In this document: positions 28,114 through 37,254 of the stretch, in pieces
Layout: each line of letters starts with the position of its first letter
Position numbering within the stretch: the first letter of the stretch is position 1
NCBI GenBank assembly: GCA_035318685.1
Contig: DATHEH010000217.1
Location: 1-43,088, forward strand
DNA: 43,088 nt
Source of the DNA: Ferruginibacter sp.
GTDB lineage: Bacteria > Bacteroidota > Bacteroidia > Chitinophagales > Chitinophagaceae
Reading direction: 5' to 3'
Position numbers and translations under genes: made by a program
Notes under the pieces: generated by a model
The model's database searches: none
Told to the model about the DNA's origin: nothing
What the model saw: the letters and a program-made list of their open reading frames with translations, nothing else

Positions 28114-31100
28114 TTATACTTTTTGAATTCCTTTCAGTAAATGTTTCTCAAAAAATTTCATGCCTTCCAGGATGATGATGGGAACGATATAGTCGAACTT
28201 TTTCTGTTCTTCTTTTTTCCTTCGCTGGGCTTCTATGAAATCCGGGTCTTCTTTTACATAGCTCTCGATATTCATATCCTGGAAACCGTTCATAAAATCT
28301 GCCTGGCTCATTTTTAACCCGAACATGGAAGAAGACACTTTAAAGAACAGGTCGGCAAAGTCCATAAACCTCGGGCATGGTTGTTGTCCCTGCTGGGGCG
28401 AGCTGATAAAATATTCGCCTATATACTCCAGCATTTCTGCTGTAATAGAATTGCCGTAATCCAGGTATTTCAATTCGCCTGATGGAGCAATAACACAGAA
28501 ATTTTCTTCGCCTAATATTTCTATCGCTTCTTTATTCTTGGGTACCAAAATGGGGGTGATATGTGTGGGGATGGCCAGACCCTTGGATACTTCGTATTTT
28601 ACATCAGCATTATTTTCTTTCTTTTGTGTATTGATGTTGATGATCTGGCTGGGGAAATTAATGGGGGTGATTGTTTGCTTTGCCACCGCTTCGCCACCAA
28701 TGCCCCTGATGAACATTTTTGTGTAATAGTCATTTGCGGCAGAAGGATTAACGGCATTGAACCAGTCAAATATCCTGGCGCCCTTACCGGCAAAAGCAAT
28801 ATTTATTTTTGGCAACAGATTTTTTACTGCCGGTGGCGCATCTTCAGACTTCACTATTTCCGTTCTGAGCTTATAGGCTAACTGGCCGGCATAGTACATG
28901 ATCAAACCGGTAACATATAAATTCACGCTCATCATTTCCTTGCACTCTGCCGCAATCAGGCGATAAAAATCATCAAAATCTGCCGTCTCGAGCCTGTCAA
29001 CCACCTGTTCGAAATAATAAGGCGCCGTGTTCTCATTGAATTTATTCTCACCGGCATTCAATCCTTGTATCTTTATTTTTTTTCGTTCACATACTTTCAA
29101 TAAAACCGACTTGAAGTTTGGAGCGGACCTGGTAGCCTGGGCAACCCGTTGTGCGGCAAAGCGGATAGAGTTCTGCTTGATCATCGCCTTGCCACCGTCC
29201 ATCTGGCATAAGGCAGTAATATCTGTTGTGCTGCCCCCTATATCAAAACAAAGCACCAGTTCACCGGGCCTTACGGAATATCCGGAATTGACTAAATAAT
29301 TGGCCACAGCACAGGCTTCAGTTAAGGATTCATTATTGCTTAAAGGCTTGAAGTCAAAACGCACAGGGGCGGTTTCGGTCGCGATATCAATCACTTTTTT
29401 ATTCTTCGTTGCATTGTCATCGCCCCATCCTGCAGCAGGCGTGTTGGTGCCGCTGTTTCCCCAACCTTTGTCATCATTACCTGAACCCCATGCTGAATCT
29501 GTTGTAGCATCATTGTTTCCCCAACCGGTCTTGGTTTCTGCACTGGCCCAGGAACTACCACCGGCATCGCCAATATCCGCAAGATCAGAAGGAGGGTAAA
29601 TTTCTAAATTAACATTACTCTTGATCGGGCTTATTTCTTTAAGCGAATCCCAGATTCCCCTGTATTCACTTAACAATCCTTTACCCATTGAAGAGGGATA
29701 AGACCATTTTAAAGTATGCGGCTCGTGTCCCTCCACGAACAGCTGGGCGTATATATGCAATAGCAGGGAACTTAAATAAGCTTTCTTGTAACTTTTATCA
29801 ATACGCTGGGTTGACCATTTCATATTGTACACCAGCTCGGCCTTACCTACCCTGTTATAGCCCAGGATATACCTGTTGGCGGTAGCATTTTCAATGGGCA
29901 GGTTCTTTTCAAAACAGGGAAAGCCTCCTTTTACTACCTGGGCAAACAAAGAATCGTTTGAAATATTATCAGTATTCACCACCCGGCGGGAGTCATGGAT
30001 GGTTAAGACCGACTTGATAGAATTGGAGATGATCTCGTCATTCTGGAAAAAGAAGATCTCGTCTTCAATAGCCGGTCTCTCATCATTATTTTTTGCATCA
30101 TTTGAAAGCAATGAGATCCTCCGGTTATTGAACTTCAGGCTTTTGCAAACCTCGTTAGTGCTCCCCGAAAAATAAGCAATAGACGAATTAGTGCTTCCAA
30201 AATCAACACCTAAATAAGCGGGGGCTAAATCAACAACGGGGTTTTTAAGCATATTGGCGGGTAAGTATTTATTATTACCCGTACCATCATACCTGATAAT
30301 ACCGAAGCCACAATCCTTTCCTGCATGCGCAAACCTGATACCTTTAAAAGGCTGGTTGCTTTCATATATCTCGTACTTGTATTTATTGTCGGCCACTGCA
30401 TTGTTCGAGGCGATATGCAGCTCTACTTTTATGTTGCCATATTTTTCCGGGATGATGGCAGCTTTGCCATTATTTGCCAAATACAATGGGGCGTTTTTTT
30501 CATTCAGAATGATCCTGAAAAAATCATCATTCACATTCCCTATAAAAGGCGTGGCCTGGAACTTCGCATCATTATGCGTTATTTCCGAGAACATAAAATA
30601 CCTGTTCCATTGCTTCGAGATAAAATTTGGCCATATCAATATGTCCTGGCCAATGATCGAGTCCCTCGTTACTTTATAAATGATCTGCTTGGTGATCTCA
30701 TTACCAGTATTGGTAAACAGCTTTAATTGCACCATTAATTTTTCTCCATCCTTATCATTAGGATCATAAGTTGCAGAGATCCTCGATTTTACATTAGAAG
30801 TTTCGTCCAGGCCAACCAATGCGGTGAGGTTAGCGCCAAATACATTTAAAGCCAACGGGGTAAGCGGCAAGGTAAAGTAAGCGAAATTATTCGCCTGCCC
30901 TTTGGTGCCAGCTTCCAGTAACAGTAAAGGTTTCGACCTTAAATAGTTCTTTGTTTCCGCTCCTTCCTTCCCAAAATCTATCTGGGCAATTTCGGTCGAT
31001 TCCGGCAGCAACAGGTCTTTAGGGTCGAAAGGAATGCTTCCTTCCATTCCCAGCTCATTCGAGATCATTCCTTCGGAACCATACAATTCGGTTGAGAAAT

Positions 31101-31992
31101 TAAAAAGAAGGCCAAACGGGTAATTGAAAAGAGAACCGACCTCGGGAGGCGTTTGATTTTCTAATTTAGGATATCCTTTTGCCCCCTGGTATTTGATCAT
31201 ATCGAACATCCAGTTCTGGATGCATCCGTAAATATTACTGTAATCCGGCTTTAACAGGTCTTCCAGTCCATTAAAATTCTTTTTGAACTTATCAATATTG
31301 TTCAGAATATGCTTGGCATAGCCGTATATCTTGAACAGCTCTTCGGGCTTAAGCTCCGATTGCAAAGGATCGATGAACTTGCCGTTATTGATATTGATAA
31401 AGGGTAATTTCTCTTTGATCCGGTAAGAAACAGAAGAAAATAAAAAACAATCAGGCGAAGTGCCGCCAACTACATTTCCCTTAAAGGAAATAACATCGAT
31501 GAAAGGGATTTTATCAGCATTATTGAATAGTGACTGATCGCACCATAATGGCTGCCGCTCAAATAAAACATTGCCAAAAGCGCCCAGGGGTTCATACAGG
31601 TTTGTTGTATCGCCAATCTTCTTCGCATCAGTATATGCTAAATGAACTCTGTCAATTTGAATATCTTTATAATCCAGGGCAATGCACGCAATGAATCCTT
31701 TCCACTCACTGATCAATGATTTATAGAATCGCATCAGCCCGCCCGTTTCCGCGTCTTTATCGGTAACGGCATCCAATGCATTCCTGAACAGGTTTGCCCT
31801 TGCATAAACGGTTGGCATCCCTGAAACAATAGACCCGATATCGACAGATGAATTACCATCTTTGTCAACAGCGATTTCAGGTATTAAAATATTCTTCGTA
31901 AAATTTGGCAATTCCTTGATACTATCCCAGGCATATTTGACTCCCGGTTGAACCGTTTTAGAATTTATTGTGAGCGCTTTTATATCTGCCAT
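28114..31992 (-). CDS. Large (1292 aa) actin/Hsp70-superfamily ATPase-fold protein
   Basis: Phosphate-1 'LGVDFGSTNS', 'WSYPSS', connect-1 'TEACAVA', phosphate-2 'FDIGGSTTD', adenosine-like 'AGKGAR'. Confidence 0.8.
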   Translation of the reverse strand: MADIKALTINSKTVQPGVKYAWDSIKELPNFTKNILIPEIAVDKDGNSSVDIGSIVSGMPTVYARANLFRNALDAVTDKDAETGGLMRFYKSLISEWKGFIACIALDYKDIQIDRVHLAYTDAKKIGDTTNLYEPLGAFGNVLFERQPLWCDQSLFNNADKIPFIDVISFKGNVVGGTSPDCFLFSSVSYRIKEKLPFININNGKFIDPLQSELKPEELFKIYGYAKHILNNIDKFKKNFNGLEDLLKPDYSNIYGCIQNWMFDMIKYQGAKGYPKLENQTPPEVGSLFNYPFGLLFNFSTELYGSEGMISNELGMEGSIPFDPKDLLLPESTEIAQIDFGKEGAETKNYLRSKPLLLLEAGTKGQANNFAYFTLPLTPLALNVFGANLTALVGLDETSNVKSRISATYDPNDKDGEKLMVQLKLFTNTGNEITKQIIYKVTRDSIIGQDILIWPNFISKQWNRYFMFSEITHNDAKFQATPFIGNVNDDFFRIILNEKNAPLYLANNGKAAIIPEKYGNIKVELHIASNNAVADNKYKYEIYESNQPFKGIRFAHAGKDCGFGIIRYDGTGNNKYLPANMLKNPVVDLAPAYLGVDFGSTNSSIAYFSGSTNEVCKSLKFNNRRISLLSNDAKNNDERPAIEDEIFFFQNDEIISNSIKSVLTIHDSRRVVNTDNISNDSLFAQVVKGGFPCFEKNLPIENATANRYILGYNRVGKAELVYNMKWSTQRIDKSYKKAYLSSLLLHIYAQLFVEGHEPHTLKWSYPSSMGKGLLSEYRGIWDSLKEISPIKSNVNLEIYPPSDLADIGDAGGSSWASAETKTGWGNNDATTDSAWGSGNDDKGWGNSGTNTPAAGWGDDNATKNKKVIDIATETAPVRFDFKPLSNNESLTEACAVANYLVNSGYSVRPGELVLCFDIGGSTTDITALCQMDGGKAMIKQNSIRFAAQRVAQATRSAPNFKSVLLKVCERKKIKIQGLNAGENKFNENTAPYYFEQVVDRLETADFDDFYRLIAAECKEMMSVNLYVTGLIMYYAGQLAYKLRTEIVKSEDAPPAVKNLLPKINIAFAGKGARIFDWFNAVNPSAANDYYTKMFIRGIGGEAVAKQTITPINFPSQIININTQKKENNADVKYEVSKGLAIPTHITPILVPKNKEAIEILGEENFCVIAPSGELKYLDYGNSITAEMLEYIGEYFISSPQQGQQPCPRFMDFADLFFKVSSSMFGLKMSQADFMNGFQDMNIESYVKEDPDFIEAQRRKKEEQKKFDYIVPIIILEGMKFFEKHLLKGIQKV

Positions 31993-31997
31993 ATTAC

Positions 31998-33653
31998 TTA
32001 ATTAAAATTGAAGTTTTGAGACACAGTTATTGCATTGTAGATATGCGCCAGGAATTTTTCCTTTGTCGTATTCACCTTTTGTTCGTCTTTGGGCGACGTA
32101 TTAATTAACCTGTCAACAAAGGTTCCATACCTGTCAGCTAACAGACCGCCTTTTGGCCAATGATATTTTTCATCATTAAAAAGAGTCCCCACATCCAGTT
32201 TTTTTAATTCTGACGGGGTATCCGGAAAAGCTTTACTGTCAAACAAAAAAGAACCGGGTGCAACTGTATTCCTGATTTGGTACAACCACCCTGGTGAAAA
32301 CCGTACATTACCATTTTCATTATCAAAATGATAAGCAAACTGTTTAAAATACTCGTTAATCTCATCACATTCCGTATCTGTAATCGTACTGTATTGTGTT
32401 AATTTTTGTTTTTCACATCTTGTAATAAATCCTTTAATTCCGGAATCTCCTGTTGATGCGCCATTAATGGTTAATGAAACATGTGCCAGGGAAAAAAACG
32501 CACCTAACCTATTCGCGAAATTCTCTCCTGCCTTGTTATAATTGCCAACAAAGTCATCAAAAGAAAAATTAAACGTATTCTTCTCAAATTCCACCGCTTT
32601 ATATAAATATTGAGCTATCGCAGTATCAAAACCGTCTTTTCGTGTAAAAAAATCATACGCTGCACAGGCGCATAACAACTCTGTAATATGGCATGGATTT
32701 TTTTGAGTAGCGCCTCCGGTAATAGTTTTATGACCTGATGTTTCCTCATCGATCTTTTTGCTTTCAATGGGCCAGCCAATATGGTATAATATTTTATAGC
32801 TTTTCTGTACAGTGGGGTCGTTCTGATAAAATTGCAAAGCAGCCTGGCTGTTCAGCGGGAAAAAAGAAGAGTCTGCTATAACGCTGTTTTCCTTGGTAGA
32901 TTTCTCTTTATTATCCGGCTTTTTGAAAGTAAAATACTCGGTGAGAAGTGTCGAACCGAATTTAGCCTTTGAAAAGTCGATCGTTTCTTTACCCCCGGAT
33001 CTTGTTTGTATAAAGTCCTGCAGAGCTTTTGGAATAATGGGTATGGATGAAGCGCCGGTGCCACCGAAAATGGAACCGAAAATAAAAACACGGGCGTTTG
33101 CACCCGCAACCTTTATTTTAGAAACAAACGATTCCAATGCTCTTTCCTCGGGCTTAACATCTTTACCACTTGCTATGTTCCTGGCTGCCTCTACAATACC
33201 GTGGTACATCAACAAAGATCCTAAATGTGTCTGAGCCCTGTACCCATGAGCCAGGTTGAATTCCTGTACCGAACTATTATCTAAAAAAAGATCAGATATT
33301 AGTTTATTAGCCTTTTGCACTTCCGGAGAACCAGAAGAAATTTTAGTTATGTTTTTATAGTTTTCCCGGCCCGTACCTGAATAGTTCGTATAATATTTGT
33401 ACAAATTTAGTTTTGCAGAGAAAAAAGTATTTGCATTGGGCGTACCACCTTTAGTATTACCTGAAGATTTTACCTGGTTATACAGTGAGATCAGGTCCTC
33501 GGCTCTTTTCTTATTGCCATTGGTGGAGTCGGTATCTAACGTTAATACATCAATTTCCTGGTTATCGAACATCCCTATGGCGCATAAATGCGTAAAGGAT
33601 TCCAAACAACGCATACCGGTTCCGCCGATCGCTATTACAAATAGTTTATCCAT
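31998..33653 (-). CDS. Tubulin/FtsZ-superfamily GTPase-like protein (Tubulin_2-like)
   Basis: N-terminal 'VIAIGGTG', 'LDTD', T4-like signature 'GSIFGGTGAS'. Confidence 0.82.
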   Translation of the reverse strand: MDKLFVIAIGGTGMRCLESFTHLCAIGMFDNQEIDVLTLDTDSTNGNKKRAEDLISLYNQVKSSGNTKGGTPNANTFFSAKLNLYKYYTNYSGTGRENYKNITKISSGSPEVQKANKLISDLFLDNSSVQEFNLAHGYRAQTHLGSLLMYHGIVEAARNIASGKDVKPEERALESFVSKIKVAGANARVFIFGSIFGGTGASSIPIIPKALQDFIQTRSGGKETIDFSKAKFGSTLLTEYFTFKKPDNKEKSTKENSVIADSSFFPLNSQAALQFYQNDPTVQKSYKILYHIGWPIESKKIDEETSGHKTITGGATQKNPCHITELLCACAAYDFFTRKDGFDTAIAQYLYKAVEFEKNTFNFSFDDFVGNYNKAGENFANRLGAFFSLAHVSLTINGASTGDSGIKGFITRCEKQKLTQYSTITDTECDEINEYFKQFAYHFDNENGNVRFSPGWLYQIRNTVAPGSFLFDSKAFPDTPSELKKLDVGTLFNDEKYHWPKGGLLADRYGTFVDRLINTSPKDEQKVNTTKEKFLAHIYNAITVSQNFNFN

Positions 33654-33670
33654 AAAATGATTTTTTTAGA

Positions 33671-34006
33671 TCAGAACCAATGGCCAAGCTTGCCATTCCT
33701 GAAAATTTTGCTCAGTATAAACCCAATGATGATATATAAAACAAATCCAACTCCCGTTGCAACGGGCAGCACTTTCATATAGTCATCATACACCATTTGA
33801 TCATTATCGGGATTTGGTGCTAATACAAACCTGCCCAGCACAAAAAAAACAATCGGGTTAAGTACGGCTAATATCCAAAACCAGGCTTTTCTTTTCCCGG
33901 GATCATTTGGGTTGGAACCTCCCTTATATTGTATTGCCATTGAAATTAATGCAGCGATCAGGATCATTGCACCTGCTACTATAGCGGCGATAATGTAAGA
34001 TGTCAT
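33671..34006 (-). CDS. Small three-TM membrane protein
   Basis: Three hydrophobic helices; tight operon spacing. Confidence 0.8.
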   Translation of the reverse strand: MTSYIIAAIVAGAMILIAALISMAIQYKGGSNPNDPGKRKAWFWILAVLNPIVFFVLGRFVLAPNPDNDQMVYDDYMKVLPVATGVGFVLYIIIGFILSKIFRNGKLGHWF

Positions 34007-34040
34007 AGTATTAATTTTGGTTGATGCTTATTTAATTGGT

Positions 34041-35591
34041 TTAGGGTTTTTTAGTGTTCGCAAATTTTATGTAGTAGGAGTAAATGATCTTTCCTTTAGG
34101 GTTTATTGAAGGTTCTAGTAAAGTATTCCGAATAGCTTCTGAGAGTGATGTATTGGGTTTATCTTTTATTGTGGAAGAAGTCCATTGAAAATCTGACAAT
34201 TTGGGATTTGAATCATTAAAAATTGCATCCCCTATAACATAATCAATTCTAATGAGTGCATTTTCCTTTTTTACATTTTTGATTTTATAATTAGGGTGGA
34301 AGATTGTTTCTAATCCTATTTTAGCTGGATCATTTTTTAAATGACTACTAAATATTTCTTTGTTATAATCAAATACTTCTGCCCATTCATATTTACTCAA
34401 ATCAATAGATTTATAAATCCAAGCTTTTTTTATATCTGTAGTGTTTGTTAGATAACATTTCTCAATAATGGCGTCTTTTTTCGATTTCTCATCCCATACA
34501 AAATCTTTTTTTGAATCTCTAATTAGAACAGGAACATGGTTTTTTGCTTCAGAGCAGCGAGCATAATTTTCATAATCATCTGATACATCATAAACTTTAA
34601 CTGATACATTGCTTAATTTATATGCAGATTGATCAGATGCATTCAATAGCAAACCATTTAGAAAAAGACCAGCTTCTTTTTTTATTGAATTCTCAACGTA
34701 CTTTTCTAAATCTTTATTCCAAGGCTTATTTATACCGATTACCTCAAATGGTAATTTCTTGTCGACAGAAGAATTTAAATTATAATTTACCCATTTAGCA
34801 AATGTTTGATTTGAAATTCCAGTTTTATCTTTACCTCCATAATCGTTTGAAATATTATATGGACTATTATTTAATTCAAATACTTCCGTTTCAATACGCC
34901 CTTTAAAAGCATCTTTGATCTGTGAAACAAAACTATTTGGAGTAGGTTTTCCATGAGTAAACACCGTGAAGTAAAGGTGTTTGTCTGTTTCAATTTGAGG
35001 CTTCCTACTTTTATTTATTTCATGAAAGGAGGTATAAAAAAAAGTTATTGAATTTCCACCCCTAAGCCAATTAATAAAATATTTCTTAGGATAATCTAAA
35101 AATTGTTCAACCCTGTCATTGGTATATTCTTCAAAGTCAGTAATCAATAAAGCATCATTTGAATCCGAGGTGATTCTTATTAATGCCTTTTCAATTGGAG
35201 CCATAATATCTTTATATTCTTTTGGATCATTAATCTTATTAAAAAGCTCTGTACTCTTATATTCTAGTTTTTTAATTGTATCATTTCCCAAAGAATACCA
35301 ATCTATTTCGTCGCTTATAAGCTTATGAGCAATGGCCTGGATTATTTGACTGTTTTTTGAATTGCTTTTATATGCTTGTATCAAGCCGTCTGAAAAATCT
35401 ATATATACAGCAGGGTTACCGCTTTTTGGATTAACTGCTTCTCCCAATGAAGCATTATAATACCCTTCGATATTTTTATCGATCTCATTCAACGGTTTGA
35501 ACCCAGCCCATGGACCTGCATCCTTATCTCCACTACAGCCGGTCAATAAATAAACTGATGAAAGCAAAAGGAGAATTCTTTTTATATTCAT
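34041..35591 (-). CDS. Lipoprotein with putative vWA-like domain
   Basis: Lipobox LTGC; MIDAS-like 'VYIDFSDG' and 'ALLITDFE'. Confidence 0.7.
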   Translation of the reverse strand: MNIKRILLLLSSVYLLTGCSGDKDAGPWAGFKPLNEIDKNIEGYYNASLGEAVNPKSGNPAVYIDFSDGLIQAYKSNSKNSQIIQAIAHKLISDEIDWYSLGNDTIKKLEYKSTELFNKINDPKEYKDIMAPIEKALIRITSDSNDALLITDFEEYTNDRVEQFLDYPKKYFINWLRGGNSITFFYTSFHEINKSRKPQIETDKHLYFTVFTHGKPTPNSFVSQIKDAFKGRIETEVFELNNSPYNISNDYGGKDKTGISNQTFAKWVNYNLNSSVDKKLPFEVIGINKPWNKDLEKYVENSIKKEAGLFLNGLLLNASDQSAYKLSNVSVKVYDVSDDYENYARCSEAKNHVPVLIRDSKKDFVWDEKSKKDAIIEKCYLTNTTDIKKAWIYKSIDLSKYEWAEVFDYNKEIFSSHLKNDPAKIGLETIFHPNYKIKNVKKENALIRIDYVIGDAIFNDSNPKLSDFQWTSSTIKDKPNTSLSEAIRNTLLEPSINPKGKIIYSYYIKFANTKKP

Positions 35592-35631
35592 AACTGGTTA
35601 GTTTATTTTATAATTGTTGTGATCGTGATCC

Positions 35632-36435
35632 TTATAATTGTTCATCTTTTATGAGCTCAGTTTTCAGTTCGTGAAGCACAGAATCGCTGGGTAAGTGCGG
35701 ATCCATCACTACCACCTTTTTCTCCTTCTTCGTCCTCACCCTCGCCATCTTAAACGGCTTAATCAACGCCGGGTCCATCTCTTCAGCTACTATCTTGTGC
35801 AGGGCAGCCAGGATCATCTCATCTTCACATTTTTCATTGTACCTGGTCTTGATCATCTTTTTGATACATTTCAGCACTGCATCAGAACATAAAATGCCTG
35901 CGATATTATATGGATCAGTTGCCTCACATTTATTCCAGAGCGGCTTAAAGACGTGTTTAACTACACTTTCTTTATGAAGATGTTGTAAGTGGCCGGCAGC
36001 ATTCCTCAGGCTGGCAGCATCACCGAGGTCCAGGGAAAATATCAGGTGCGATGATATCGGTTGCTCAAATATGATCTTATAGAATTCGAAGTTCCTTCCA
36101 TTCGTAAGCAAGGCATATTCGATGCCTTCATTGGCTCCGTAATTGACCGTTTGCCGTAAATGCCTTTCTGATAGTTGAAAGGAGAGGGCTTTTACTTCCA
36201 CCAGGAAATGCCGTTTTATATTTACCTGGATCACATAATCGGCATAAGTACCTTTAATCATGTACTCCGTCTTTATTTCTTCCAGCTGCTTATACCCGAG
36301 GACATCCGAAAGAAACCGGTTGATCATGATCCTGGTGCCCGACTCGTCCAACTCTTTTATATTCCCATCTAAAAAATCCTTGCGATAGGCTTTTAAGGAA
36401 TTAAGTAACTTTTGTTGCTTTAACGCAGTGAGCAT
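35632..36435 (-). CDS. Stand-alone HsdR_N-like PD-(D/E)XK nuclease-domain protein
   Basis: 'E..TR', 'ADYVI..LVEVK', 'Q..NY', 'LTNG'; no helicase domain. Confidence 0.82.
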   Translation of the reverse strand: MLTALKQQKLLNSLKAYRKDFLDGNIKELDESGTRIMINRFLSDVLGYKQLEEIKTEYMIKGTYADYVIQVNIKRHFLVEVKALSFQLSERHLRQTVNYGANEGIEYALLTNGRNFEFYKIIFEQPISSHLIFSLDLGDAASLRNAAGHLQHLHKESVVKHVFKPLWNKCEATDPYNIAGILCSDAVLKCIKKMIKTRYNEKCEDEMILAALHKIVAEEMDPALIKPFKMARVRTKKEKKVVVMDPHLPSDSVLHELKTELIKDEQL

Positions 36436-36471
36436 GGTAGTTAGTTTGGAATGATAAATGCGGCTTCATTT

Positions 36472-36516
36472 CAAAGCTAACAGGTGGGATCGTCTTTTTA
36501 TTACGGTAAACCGTAA
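36472..36516 (-). promoter_or_regulatory. Operon promoter: -7 box plus perfect palindromic operator
   Basis: TAGCTTTG (minus, 36472-36479), 21-bp gap, TTACGGT-AA-ACCGTAA at 36501-36516. Confidence 0.75.
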
Positions 36517-36606
36517 AGCCCCGTTTTTAAACGAAACTTACCTGTTCATTTGCCGTAAAATTTTATGGAACGATCAATGTAGATGGTAGCTATTATAGCC
36601 CTTTAC

Positions 36607-37254
36607 TTATAATATTCCTTTTTCTTTACAGAAAAGGACCAACTGCTCATTTTTTAAAAACCCGAATTCATCGCGGATCTTTTTGAGGCTTTTTTCTACC
36701 GTGCTGAGGCTTCGGTTGAGGTGATCGGCTATTTCTTTTTGCTGGTTTCCCTGTGATAATAGGCGGATAATATCGATATCGAAATCCGTGAACTCATATG
36801 CATTGGACTGTTTCACGATCTGGGCCAGCGCCCTGGGATAATATTGCTGGCCTTTTGCCAGGACATCAAATGCCGATTTCAGCTCTTTTACATCGTGTCG
36901 GGCCTTTCGCACAAAGCCGTCAATTTCGTAGTCATCGTACAACGATTTTATTTTCGCGGGTTTGATCTCTGCAGAAAAAACAAGGATCATGATATCTGGC
37001 TGCACCTCACGGGCTGCCCTGATCAGCTGAAATCCGTCTGCAATTTTTTGTGATCTTCCATCATCTTCAAAGTACAGGTCGGTGATCAGTACATCATATG
37101 GCAGTTCAGCCTTCTTAGCCATCTTAATCCTGTTCAACGCATCGTCACAATAAAAAACATAGTCGCTTTGCCTGATGTGCAATTCCTCCATTGTTTTTTG
37201 AATGGAAAGATTGGAGCTTTCCTGGTCTTCGGCTATAATTACTTTATCGATCAT
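36607..37254 (-). CDS. NarL/LuxR-type response regulator
   Basis: Receiver 'IIAED', 'LITDL', 'FVRK'; HTH 'LLSQG..QKEIA..L..S.STVEK.L'. Confidence 0.9.
   Translation of the reverse strand: MIDKVIIAEDQESSNLSIQKTMEELHIRQSDYVFYCDDALNRIKMAKKAELPYDVLITDLYFEDDGRSQKIADGFQLIRAAREVQPDIMILVFSAEIKPAKIKSLYDDYEIDGFVRKARHDVKELKSAFDVLAKGQQYYPRALAQIVKQSNAYEFTDFDIDIIRLLSQGNQQKEIADHLNRSLSTVEKSLKKIRDEFGFLKNEQLVLFCKEKGIL

Noticed and set aside
28114-33653. ftsZ/ftsA or dnaK
   Set aside because: Signature is FGGTGAS rather than GGGTGTG, sizes and architecture differ, and there is no dcw or chaperone context.
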